A stretch of 59,912 nucleotides of DNA, counting the filler. It is 3 parts of 3 records of this genome, joined end to end, with 100 filler letters (N's around TTAATTAATTAA, not from the genome) between each part and the next. Parts side by side here need not be neighbours in the genome. Positions count along the whole stretch, not along the records: positions 1 to 29,491 come from SRR22947725_2448; 2 more parts are not named here. One strand, written 5' to 3'. Both the position numbers and the translations under genes were made by a program. Shown one piece after another: positions 9,911 through 18,142 of this stretch. The notes under the pieces were generated by a model. That model saw only the letters and a list, made by a program, of their open reading frames with translations, was not told the DNA's origin and made no database searches. Numbering within the stretch: the first letter of the stretch is position 1; every line of letters starts with the position of its first letter.

Positions 9911-11233
9911 TCATCCTCGCCAGTAAGTTGACAGGGGTTCCACCTGATAGGGCACTGTGAGTTCCGGAGTCAGGAGTTTCGCCGAACCTCGATATAATGA
10001 TTCGACTCCAAAAAGGGTCATGCCGGATGTCAGTAAAGTGCGTTCGGGTGGGTAAACAGCATGTCCCGATTTGATGGATTCTTCTATCCGATGCGAAAGT
10101 GGGTTGAAAAAGTCCGCCGTGGTGGTCTGTCGTGGCGGCATGGGGAGGTGCATCTGGCAACTCGTGATTTTACCACTGTCATGCATGCCGGCGTAGGTGA
10201 AATCCAGGACCAGTCCATTCAGCATGAAGAGGGTAGTCAAAAATCCATCATTGTGTTCGATGAAGTATGCAACCACTCCGGGGCTTGCCTGCTGAACCCA
10301 ATCAAGCGTGGGTGGCATGAAAGACCATTGATCTGGTGCCTTGCACTGGTGACTGCGTGCAAGTGCGGCCATCAACAGTTCTCGAGTTGAATCTCTTTTT
10401 TTCAGCATGGACCAAACCTCATTTCCACGCACGGCGTGAACCGATTTGACACCTGATTCGCCACCTGCACGGCGTTCGGACATACATTGAGCAGTTTCCA
10501 GCCCATGAATGTCATAAGAATCAACACCCCCGTAGCAAACACTGACACTTTCTCTTAAATTCGCGTTCCAGGGAATATCCACTGCTGGTATGCGCCAGGT
10601 GACGGGAAGAGATGAGCCTGCAAGGAATGCAAAATTCAATCGCTTCGCATCATCCACCATTTCCACGCATTCATTCCAGTCTGTCGACAAATGCTTGTCA
10701 TTGAAGACAGGCACTGATCGCCCGCTGGATTCAAAAACCTCCACCATTTCCTTGAAGAAATCATAGCGAGGATATCGTTTCTGCCCTTTGGCATTCCTGG
10801 GGTAATCCCCATGTTCCGCAATGATGATTACGCCATCGACATCCAAGGCCTTGCCACCTCGTGTCAGAGCCTCTGAGATGGTTGGGTAAATGGGGACTCC
10901 GTGACGGCGTTCCCGGTCGCGTGCAAGATCTTTTTCAGGGAATTGATCCACATACATTGAAACCAATTTGATCTTCGGAAAATAATGTTGCCCATGCCAT
11001 CCATAGCCTTCCAATAGGCGGTCAATAAAATGTTGAGCGTGACTGTGGCGTCGCACTTCAGTTGCCAGTAGAGCAACCGTTGGGGGGCGGTCGGCATCAG
11101 GGTTCCTGAAATGGAGGGCGGCGGATAACTGGCCACATGCGGTGGCGATGCCGGACATTGAAAGCGATTTAAGGAAATGCCGTCTTGTCCAAACGCCCTG
11201 GGGATCTGACTTTGAAAATATCAATTCATTCAT
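9911..11233 (-). CDS. Tat-exported uncharacterised protein, GFO/IDH/MocA-like oxidoreductase fold (inferred)
   Basis: TRRHFLKS twin-arginine motif after ATG 11233; DVDGVIII, VFNDKHL (EKP-like) and YDIHGLE (catalytic-His-like) segments. Confidence 0.65.
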   Translation of the reverse strand: MNELIFSKSDPQGVWTRRHFLKSLSMSGIATACGQLSAALHFRNPDADRPPTVALLATEVRRHSHAQHFIDRLLEGYGWHGQHYFPKIKLVSMYVDQFPEKDLARDRERRHGVPIYPTISEALTRGGKALDVDGVIIIAEHGDYPRNAKGQKRYPRYDFFKEMVEVFESSGRSVPVFNDKHLSTDWNECVEMVDDAKRLNFAFLAGSSLPVTWRIPAVDIPWNANLRESVSVCYGGVDSYDIHGLETAQCMSERRAGGESGVKSVHAVRGNEVWSMLKKRDSTRELLMAALARSHQCKAPDQWSFMPPTLDWVQQASPGVVAYFIEHNDGFLTTLFMLNGLVLDFTYAGMHDSGKITSCQMHLPMPPRQTTTADFFNPLSHRIEESIKSGHAVYPPERTLLTSGMTLFGVESLYRGSAKLLTPELTVPYQVEPLSTYWRG

Positions 11234-11315
11234 GCACCACTGGGTTTGAAATTCTACTTGGGATGGACTCACTATGCCTGTATGGACGCGAACCGTCAAT
11301 GGCAATAGGGTTGCA

Positions 11316-11378
11316 ATGGGAGGAAGAAAAAGGCTTCAGCCTCCTGGCGCTTACCTTCTCAGGGCCTGAGACTCCCAT
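11316..11378 (-). terminator. Possible intrinsic terminator / structured element after the ABC operon
   Basis: Minus strand GGAGGC-TGAA-GCCTTT followed by TTCTT, plus a TCTCAG/CTGAGA hairpin, enclosed by ATGGGAG/CTCCCAT. Confidence 0.3.
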
Positions 11379-11429
11379 CTCCATTTAAAGCCTGCGCTAC
11401 CGCGGAATCGAAGCAAGAAAGTAGACGGA

Positions 11430-12416
11430 TCAACTCTGTTTTCCTTGACGCCATTTATCAAGTCCCACGGCAAGAATGATCACGATACCGATGATGATTT
11501 CCTGCATGTAGGTAGGCCAGTTCATTTGACTGGATCCACTCTTCAATACCCCCATGATCAACGCGCCCAGCATGGTGCCTGTGATACTTCCAGAGCCACC
11601 ACTCAAGCTGGCTCCACCAATGACAACTGCGGCAATGATTTCAAGTTCGAGTCCAATCGCGACGGTGGGATCTCCTTGCGTAAGTCGGGAATACTGCATG
11701 ACCCCGGCAAGACCAAAGAAAAGCCCGGCAAGGGTGTAAATCATGATTTTATTTGTTCGGACGCGGATGCCACAAAGCCTTGCGGTGTCTTCATTGGAGC
11801 CAATCGCAAATACATAGCGCCCAAAGACCGAATACTTCATGACAAAGATCATCACAATGGCCAGCGCAATCGTGATCCAGACGCCCATGGGAAGTGGCCA
11901 CAGGTTCTGCGGTGCGATGGGTTCCATGATCCCGTTCAAGGCATTTTCCTCAGGATTGACCGTTTTGTTGCCCGCCAGCCATTTGGCACTGCCACGAGCA
12001 ATTCCCATCATGCCAAGTGTCACAATGAATGGAACCATCCTGAAACCAGCGATGATGGTTCCATTGATGGCTCCAATGCATCCACCCGCAAGGACGGTCA
12101 GGATGAGCGCGGATGCAGGCGACCAGTCCTGGAGTAGCAATGTTGCAGCCACGACACTGCTCAATGCAACAAGTGAGCCGGCGCTCAAGTCAATGCCGCC
12201 ACTCACGATAATGAGCGTCATCCCCAAAGCCCCTGTTGCTACGATAACTGTCTGAGTTAATATGAGTTTTGCATTCCCACCGGTGAAAAACGTAGGTCGG
12301 AGCTCTGCGCTTAAGGAAAAGAGTCCGATCACCAGGAGAAGTCCCAGCAAGGGGCCAAATGAATTCAGGAATTGTTTCCAATTAAACGAGTCTTTGGAAT
12401 GTGGGTCGGTTGCCAT
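11430..12416 (-). CDS. Monosaccharide ABC transporter permease (RbsC-like)
   Basis: GGIDLSAG, PFIVTLG, GRYVFAIGSNE and AAVVIGGASLSGG motifs. Confidence 0.92.
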   Translation of the reverse strand: MATDPHSKDSFNWKQFLNSFGPLLGLLLVIGLFSLSAELRPTFFTGGNAKLILTQTVIVATGALGMTLIIVSGGIDLSAGSLVALSSVVAATLLLQDWSPASALILTVLAGGCIGAINGTIIAGFRMVPFIVTLGMMGIARGSAKWLAGNKTVNPEENALNGIMEPIAPQNLWPLPMGVWITIALAIVMIFVMKYSVFGRYVFAIGSNEDTARLCGIRVRTNKIMIYTLAGLFFGLAGVMQYSRLTQGDPTVAIGLELEIIAAVVIGGASLSGGSGSITGTMLGALIMGVLKSGSSQMNWPTYMQEIIIGIVIILAVGLDKWRQGKQS

Positions 12417-12445
12417 GAGGTGTTGAGTAAAAGATACCAGGTGAT

Positions 12446-13987
12446 TTAAGATTTGGTTGTGTCAATAGCTTGAGATTCCGGCGTGTCGCTCGTCTGCCCG
12501 ACGGCGACACTGATCAATTCATGCTCGCTCCATTCCGAAGCAGGTCGGCTTGCTTTGATTTCTCCCCGGCACATGACTCCAATGGTGTCGCAGATGCCGA
12601 GTAACTCGGGTAAATACGAGCTGACAAAAAGGATCGCCTTTCCCTGTTTCGCAAGTTCGCAGATCAGACTGTAAATCTGTGCTTTGCTTCCAATATCGAT
12701 GCCGCGCGTAGGTTCATCCAGCAGGAAAATATCTGCTTCATGGTGGAGTAATCGGCCAATGGCTATTTTTTGCTGATTACCACCCGACAACTCACTGATG
12801 GTTTGTTTCGCGCTGCGCGTCTTGACCTTAAGTTTATCTATCCAATGTTCGGCTGCTTCCAATTGTTTTTTTCGGGGAATGAAACCAAATTTCGAGAAAG
12901 ATCCAAACTTTGTGAGGGTTAGATTGTCCGCAAGATCCCTGTTCAGCAGTAATCCCTCTTCTTTTCTGTTTTCGCTCAGCAGACCCATCCCTTGCGCCAG
13001 GCGTTTGGTAGGTGTGGAGTAAGTACTTTCCCGTTCCATTACCACCACTCTCCCGGAATCAACTCGATCCAGACCAAAACATGCTCTGAGTGTCTCAGTG
13101 CGCCCGGCGCCTACAAGACCGGCGACCCCGTAGATCTCGCCTTTGTGCAGTCGAAAGGATGCAGACTTGGGCTTGATGCGGCCACGCAGGCCTTTAACTT
13201 CAAGTGCCGGTTTTCCAACACTATGCTCTTTTCGAGGGTATATATCCTTCATTTCCCGGCCCACCATTTGATGGATGATATGCTGAATATCAGCCTTTTT
13301 CATATCGCCTGTGCCTACGGATTCGCCATCTCTTAGAACCGTATAACGGTCACTGATAGTCTGGCATTCTTCCAGGAAATGACTGATGTAGACAACACTG
13401 ACTCCCGATGCCTTCAGCAGATTGATGACACGAAATAGATTTTGAACATCCACCTGAGTCAGGCTACTGGTCGGCTCATCCATGATCAAAACCTTCGGTT
13501 TGCCGATCAGCGCCCGGGCGATTTCGACGACCTGTTGTTCGGCAATGCTTAAGCGGTTGACCGGGATGTCGAGAGGTAATTGTTCGTGCTCAAGTTGTTG
13601 AAGCGCTTCTGTGGCGCGTGCTTTCTGTTCGGAAATGCGGCGCCACCCCAAAGCGCTGGGTTCATCCCCAAGCGTGATGTTCTCCATCACAGACAAATCA
13701 GGCGCGAGATTCAACTCCTGGTATATCATGGCAATGCCACACATGCGTGCATGATGAGGATTACTGGGATTGAAGGGAGATCCGTCGAGAAGAATCGATC
13801 CCTCGTCTGGTTTATGCACGCCACTCAGAATTTTCATGAGTGTACTTTTGCCAGCACCATTTTCGCCAATCAGCGTATGCACTTCAGACGGCCCCACCTC
13901 GAAGCTCACTCCGCGTAATGCGTGTGTGGCTCCAAAGCGTTTTCGAACGCCTTCCATTTTCAGGCGCTTGGTTGGGGTGGTCGTCAT
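12446..13987 (-). CDS. Monosaccharide ABC transporter ATP-binding protein (RbsA/MglA-like, two ABC domains)
   Basis: GENGAGKST, MDEPT, LSGGNQQK and LDEPTRGID motifs. Confidence 0.95.
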   Translation of the reverse strand: MTTTPTKRLKMEGVRKRFGATHALRGVSFEVGPSEVHTLIGENGAGKSTLMKILSGVHKPDEGSILLDGSPFNPSNPHHARMCGIAMIYQELNLAPDLSVMENITLGDEPSALGWRRISEQKARATEALQQLEHEQLPLDIPVNRLSIAEQQVVEIARALIGKPKVLIMDEPTSSLTQVDVQNLFRVINLLKASGVSVVYISHFLEECQTISDRYTVLRDGESVGTGDMKKADIQHIIHQMVGREMKDIYPRKEHSVGKPALEVKGLRGRIKPKSASFRLHKGEIYGVAGLVGAGRTETLRACFGLDRVDSGRVVVMERESTYSTPTKRLAQGMGLLSENRKEEGLLLNRDLADNLTLTKFGSFSKFGFIPRKKQLEAAEHWIDKLKVKTRSAKQTISELSGGNQQKIAIGRLLHHEADIFLLDEPTRGIDIGSKAQIYSLICELAKQGKAILFVSSYLPELLGICDTIGVMCRGEIKASRPASEWSEHELISVAVGQTSDTPESQAIDTTKS

Positions 13988-14042
13988 GGAAATTCTGAGT
14001 CCAAGTTTGCTTCAATGCATCATCGGACACGATTGATCTGTG

Positions 14043-15038
14043 TCATTGGTTCAGATACTCATCAAGGGGAGGATTCAGCAATCTTTGTGATTCTTCTTCA
14101 TTGAGATTTTCTGGGCTGATCATGACGACGCCGGTATCAATGCGTTTCTCGACCTTTTTGCCATCGAGATGTGCTGCCAAGGTCATGACGCCTTCGTAAC
14201 CCATCTTTACCGGATCCTGAACCACCAGTCCTTGCACATCTCCGCTCTCCATGTCCTTGATAGATTGTGATCCCGCATCGAAACCGATCATCTTAACCTC
14301 TCCATTCCCACGGCCGATTTCGCGCAGCGCTTTGGTCATTCCGATAGTTGAGTTCTCATTCACACAAAAAATAGCATCTACTTCCTTGCCGAAGCGATTC
14401 AGCAAGTTCTGCGAATTTTGATAGGCAGTTTCCCTTGTGGGACCCGCATAGAGATCGGAAGAGATGAGTTCAATATCAGGATATTTCGCCAACGCCTTCA
14501 GGAAACCATTTTCGCGGTTCTCGGTGCTGGCGGAACCAACGGCATACCGCAAGAGGATGACTTTACCTTTGTTTTCCAATTGTTGAGCCATATAGTTTCC
14601 AGCCATTTCACCGCCCTTGAGATTGTCTGTTGCGACAAAACTGACGTAATTGGTTGTCTCCAGACCGGAATCGATAATAACCACAGGAATGCCTGATTTT
14701 TGAGCGCTTTCAACCGGGCGAACGAGTGCTTTGGCGTCAAGAGGAGCTAACACGATACCGTCCACACCTTTGACAGTAAAACTCTCAACCAATCCCATTT
14801 GTTGATCTCGGTCATCTTCCTTGAGGGGGCCCTTCCAGATGATTTCCACCGATTTGCCTTGTGCGGTAAGTTCCTTTTCGGCTTTTCGAGCTCCGGCATG
14901 AATGGATTGCCAGAACTCGTGAGTGGTTCCTTTGGGAATGACCGCAATTCGAATAGTGTCATCCTTGGCAGCGGGGCCGCAACCTACCAGCCAAAGACTG
15001 CACAAACCTGCGAAAAAAGATTTCCAGTGGATATTCAT
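14043..15038 (-). CDS. Sugar ABC substrate-binding lipoprotein (RbsB-like)
   Basis: Lipobox LVGC; IPKGTTHEFW, VATDN, R..GF, GFD and QDP motifs. Confidence 0.9.
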   Translation of the reverse strand: MNIHWKSFFAGLCSLWLVGCGPAAKDDTIRIAVIPKGTTHEFWQSIHAGARKAEKELTAQGKSVEIIWKGPLKEDDRDQQMGLVESFTVKGVDGIVLAPLDAKALVRPVESAQKSGIPVVIIDSGLETTNYVSFVATDNLKGGEMAGNYMAQQLENKGKVILLRYAVGSASTENRENGFLKALAKYPDIELISSDLYAGPTRETAYQNSQNLLNRFGKEVDAIFCVNENSTIGMTKALREIGRGNGEVKMIGFDAGSQSIKDMESGDVQGLVVQDPVKMGYEGVMTLAAHLDGKKVEKRIDTGVVMISPENLNEEESQRLLNPPLDEYLNQ

Positions 15039-15161
15039 GGCGCGAGCTTAGTCACTTCAGTGGGTTTTTCAATGATTTTGGTGATGACTCGCCCTTGTTT
15101 TCCTGAGGCAGGGTTTAAAAAATCAATTTCAAACATTCATTCACTGGAATAAGATTGCCAC

Positions 15162-16727
15162 ATGGACATCTTGAGAGGCTACCGTTTCAGCTGCTTGGAA
15201 TTTAAGATCAGAAGCCTGATTTTTGGATTGCTGGCCTTTGCGAATATCATCCATTCCATTGGAGCCGAGGACCGTAGACCCAACATCGTCCTCATCCTTT
15301 GTGATGATCATCGCTACGACGCCATGGGGTTCATGGGGCACCCTTTCATTGAGACCCCTCACATGGATCGCTTAGCGGCAGATGGAGTGCATTTTGAAAA
15401 TGCGTTCGTTACGACATCGCTGTGCAGTCCGAGCCGGGCATCCATCCTGACTGGTATGTATGCTCATCGCCATGGAGTGATTGATAATTACAATCCTGTG
15501 AGCGAAGAGTTGACCTTTTTTCCGCAATTACTTCAGGAATCGGGCTACGAAACGGCTTTCATAGGTAAATGGCACATGGGGGGCAACATAGATGATCCCC
15601 AGCGCGGATTTGACCATTGGTTGAGTTTCAAAGGGCAGGGTGTTTACTGGACCGATCCTTCGAAATCCTCCGTCAAGGGCCGATATGTTCCACAAGCAAG
15701 TCGGGATGGATACAATGTGAATGGAAAGGACCGAGTTGGGCAGGAAGGATACATCACCGACGAGTTGTCTCAATTCACTCTGGAATGGTTGAATCAACGT
15801 AAATCGGAGAAGCCCTTTTTTCTTTATGTTTCCCACAAGGCAGCGCATGCAGATTTCATTCCTGCGGAAAGACATGCTTATCGATATAAAGACCAGAAAC
15901 TCCCTGTCCACAAGGATTGGAAAGGTAATAAAGTAATTGAACAAGGAAAACCCTTATGGGTTCAAAACCAACGAAACAGTCGGCACGGCATCGAATATGC
16001 CTACTACACTCACTTGGATATGGAGCAGTATTACCAGCGTTATTGCGAAACATTGCTGGCTGTTGATGACAGTGTGGGTGAGCTAATGCATTGGCTCGAT
16101 GAATCGGGGGAATCAGAGAATACGCTGGTTCTCTACATGGGTGATAATGGGTTTTTATTTGGTGAACATGGGTTGATTGATAAACGTAATGCCTATGAAG
16201 AATCCATGCGCATCCCTCTGATGGTAAAGTTTCCTGGTGTGGTTTCAAAGGGGCTCAAAGTGCCATCCATGGTGGCCAATATCGACATTGCTCCCACCTT
16301 GTTGGATGTGGCTGGCGTCAGGATTCCCGAGCACATGGACGGAAAATCTTTTTCTCCAATGCTGAAAGGGAAAAACACGCCTTGGCGGAAATATTTACTT
16401 TATGAGTATTTCTGGGAAAGGAATTACCCGCAAACGCCGACCACGCATTCTCTGCGAGGGGATCGTTTCAAGTATATCCGCTATCATGGAATTTGGGACA
16501 AGGATGAACTGTATGATTTGGAATCAGATCCTGATGAATTACGAAACTTAATCAGAGAACCTCAACATCAATCCAGAATCAAAGATATGAATCGAGTGCT
16601 TTTTGACATGCTAGAATTGAGTAAGGGGAGAGAGATTCCGTTGCAGCGAGACCGCGGAACACAGTTTTTCCATCGAGCTGCAGGCGGGTCCCCAGCATCT
16701 GACTTTACTTCTGATTTTTACCAATAA
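15162..16727 (+). CDS. Sulfatase (S1; N-acetylglucosamine-6-sulfatase-like)
   Basis: PNIVLILCDD, CSPSRASILTG, GKWHM, HKAAH and GDNGFLFGEHGLIDKR motifs. Confidence 0.92.
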   Translation: MDILRGYRFSCLEFKIRSLIFGLLAFANIIHSIGAEDRRPNIVLILCDDHRYDAMGFMGHPFIETPHMDRLAADGVHFENAFVTTSLCSPSRASILTGMYAHRHGVIDNYNPVSEELTFFPQLLQESGYETAFIGKWHMGGNIDDPQRGFDHWLSFKGQGVYWTDPSKSSVKGRYVPQASRDGYNVNGKDRVGQEGYITDELSQFTLEWLNQRKSEKPFFLYVSHKAAHADFIPAERHAYRYKDQKLPVHKDWKGNKVIEQGKPLWVQNQRNSRHGIEYAYYTHLDMEQYYQRYCETLLAVDDSVGELMHWLDESGESENTLVLYMGDNGFLFGEHGLIDKRNAYEESMRIPLMVKFPGVVSKGLKVPSMVANIDIAPTLLDVAGVRIPEHMDGKSFSPMLKGKNTPWRKYLLYEYFWERNYPQTPTTHSLRGDRFKYIRYHGIWDKDELYDLESDPDELRNLIREPQHQSRIKDMNRVLFDMLELSKGREIPLQRDRGTQFFHRAAGGSPASDFTSDFYQ

Positions 16728-17189
16728 TCCTCTACTGAAAAGTTGTTTTTCAATAAGCCTTAAACCCCCTTTCTCCAACACTTCAATCTCACCAGCAAAG
16801 GAGAATAAGTTTGGTTGATTGAAACCTCAGGTTTCTTGGGAGGTCCCCAGAACTTTCATGCCCAACTGGTTCGGTTTTTCGCGGGCTGAACTCACGTCCT
16901 CGGTGTTGATGCAGTGGTTTCACTGGTCTCTTTCAGCCAATGATCATGGCGCCCTTTTTGGCAACAGGCGGCATGGTTATATACATTCCTCTCAGAATCT
17001 GTTTATTTTCCAACAAAACAGGTGTAATACCCGCTCGTATTCTTCCAGGAAGTTCCGAAGTGTGACCTTTCCGAACGCATCCTTTGAATGGCTTAGACAG
17101 CGACAAAGCATGATATTTTTGCTCAATCATCTTTTTCTCACCCCGTAATCTCCTTGCACAACAGGCTGGGCTTTAATTAAAAGGTCTAT

Positions 17190-18020
17190 GTGCTTAAAAC
17201 ACGTGTCATCGCCGTTGCGAATCAAAAAGGAGGGGTTGGGAAAACCACAACCACAGTGAACCTGGCCGCTTGCCTGGCGGCTGATGGGTTCCGTGTCCTC
17301 CTGATTGATGTGGATTCACAGGCGAATGCAACCAGTGGCTTAGGTCTTGAGAAGGAAGAGGGCGCAAGTGCTTATCGACCATTGTTGGGCGAAGGGACCT
17401 TGTCGGAGAAAATTAAATCCACCTCATATGAAGGTTTGGACATTATCCCCTCTGAAGTCGACCTCTGTGGGGCTGAGATTGAATTGGCTCAAAGTGAGCG
17501 TCACCTCCATCGTTTTCGCGAAGCGCTTCAATCCATTGTTGATTCCAAAAAGTACGATGCCGTACTTATCGACTGTCCGCCTTCACTGGCTGTTATCACG
17601 CTGAACGCTTTTTGTGCTGCCGATTACCTCCTGGTCCCGCTTCAATGTGAGTACTATGCATTAGAGGGGGTTGCGATGCTTACGCGAGTGATGAATCAGC
17701 TCAAGGAGTCAGGTGCCAATTCGGAGCTTAAATTACTCGGTGTGTTGATGACCATGTTTGATGCGCGCACTCGTTTGTCGCACCAAGTTGTGGAAGAGGT
17801 GCGAGGCTATTTTGATGAAGATGTTTTTGATACGGTGATCCCCAGAACAACCCGTCTTGCCGAAGCGCCCAGCCACGGTAAAGCCATCATTGATTACGAT
17901 CCTTACAGTGCCGGGGCTGCAGCTTATGAAGTCTTGACTAGAGAAGTGGTGTCCAAACTCCAGTTGGAACATCCAAGTAAATTCCAAGCACCCGCTTCAG
18001 ATGCGTCGGACAACCTTTGA
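17190..18020 (+). CDS. parA: ParA/Soj family ATPase
   Basis: Deviant Walker A KGGVGKTT, DSQANAT, IDCPPSL, PLQCEYYALEG and LAEAPSHG motifs. Confidence 0.92.
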   Translation: MLKTRVIAVANQKGGVGKTTTTVNLAACLAADGFRVLLIDVDSQANATSGLGLEKEEGASAYRPLLGEGTLSEKIKSTSYEGLDIIPSEVDLCGAEIELAQSERHLHRFREALQSIVDSKKYDAVLIDCPPSLAVITLNAFCAADYLLVPLQCEYYALEGVAMLTRVMNQLKESGANSELKLLGVLMTMFDARTRLSHQVVEEVRGYFDEDVFDTVIPRTTRLAEAPSHGKAIIDYDPYSAGAAAYEVLTREVVSKLQLEHPSKFQAPASDASDNL

Positions 18021-18142
18021 TTAAGAATAGTGGGACTAGTGCGTTGCACTCTTGAATCAGGGCAATTTTATCCCTGTGGACTCTTTTTCAAGTCTTTGAA
18101 AGACTTACTTTAACTGATTGTGATATTGAAAGCCCTCTCCCG

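Noticed and set aside
16819-17148. 109-aa ORF upstream of parA
   Set aside because: TTG start, atypical composition, no recognisable motif; not supported as a gene.
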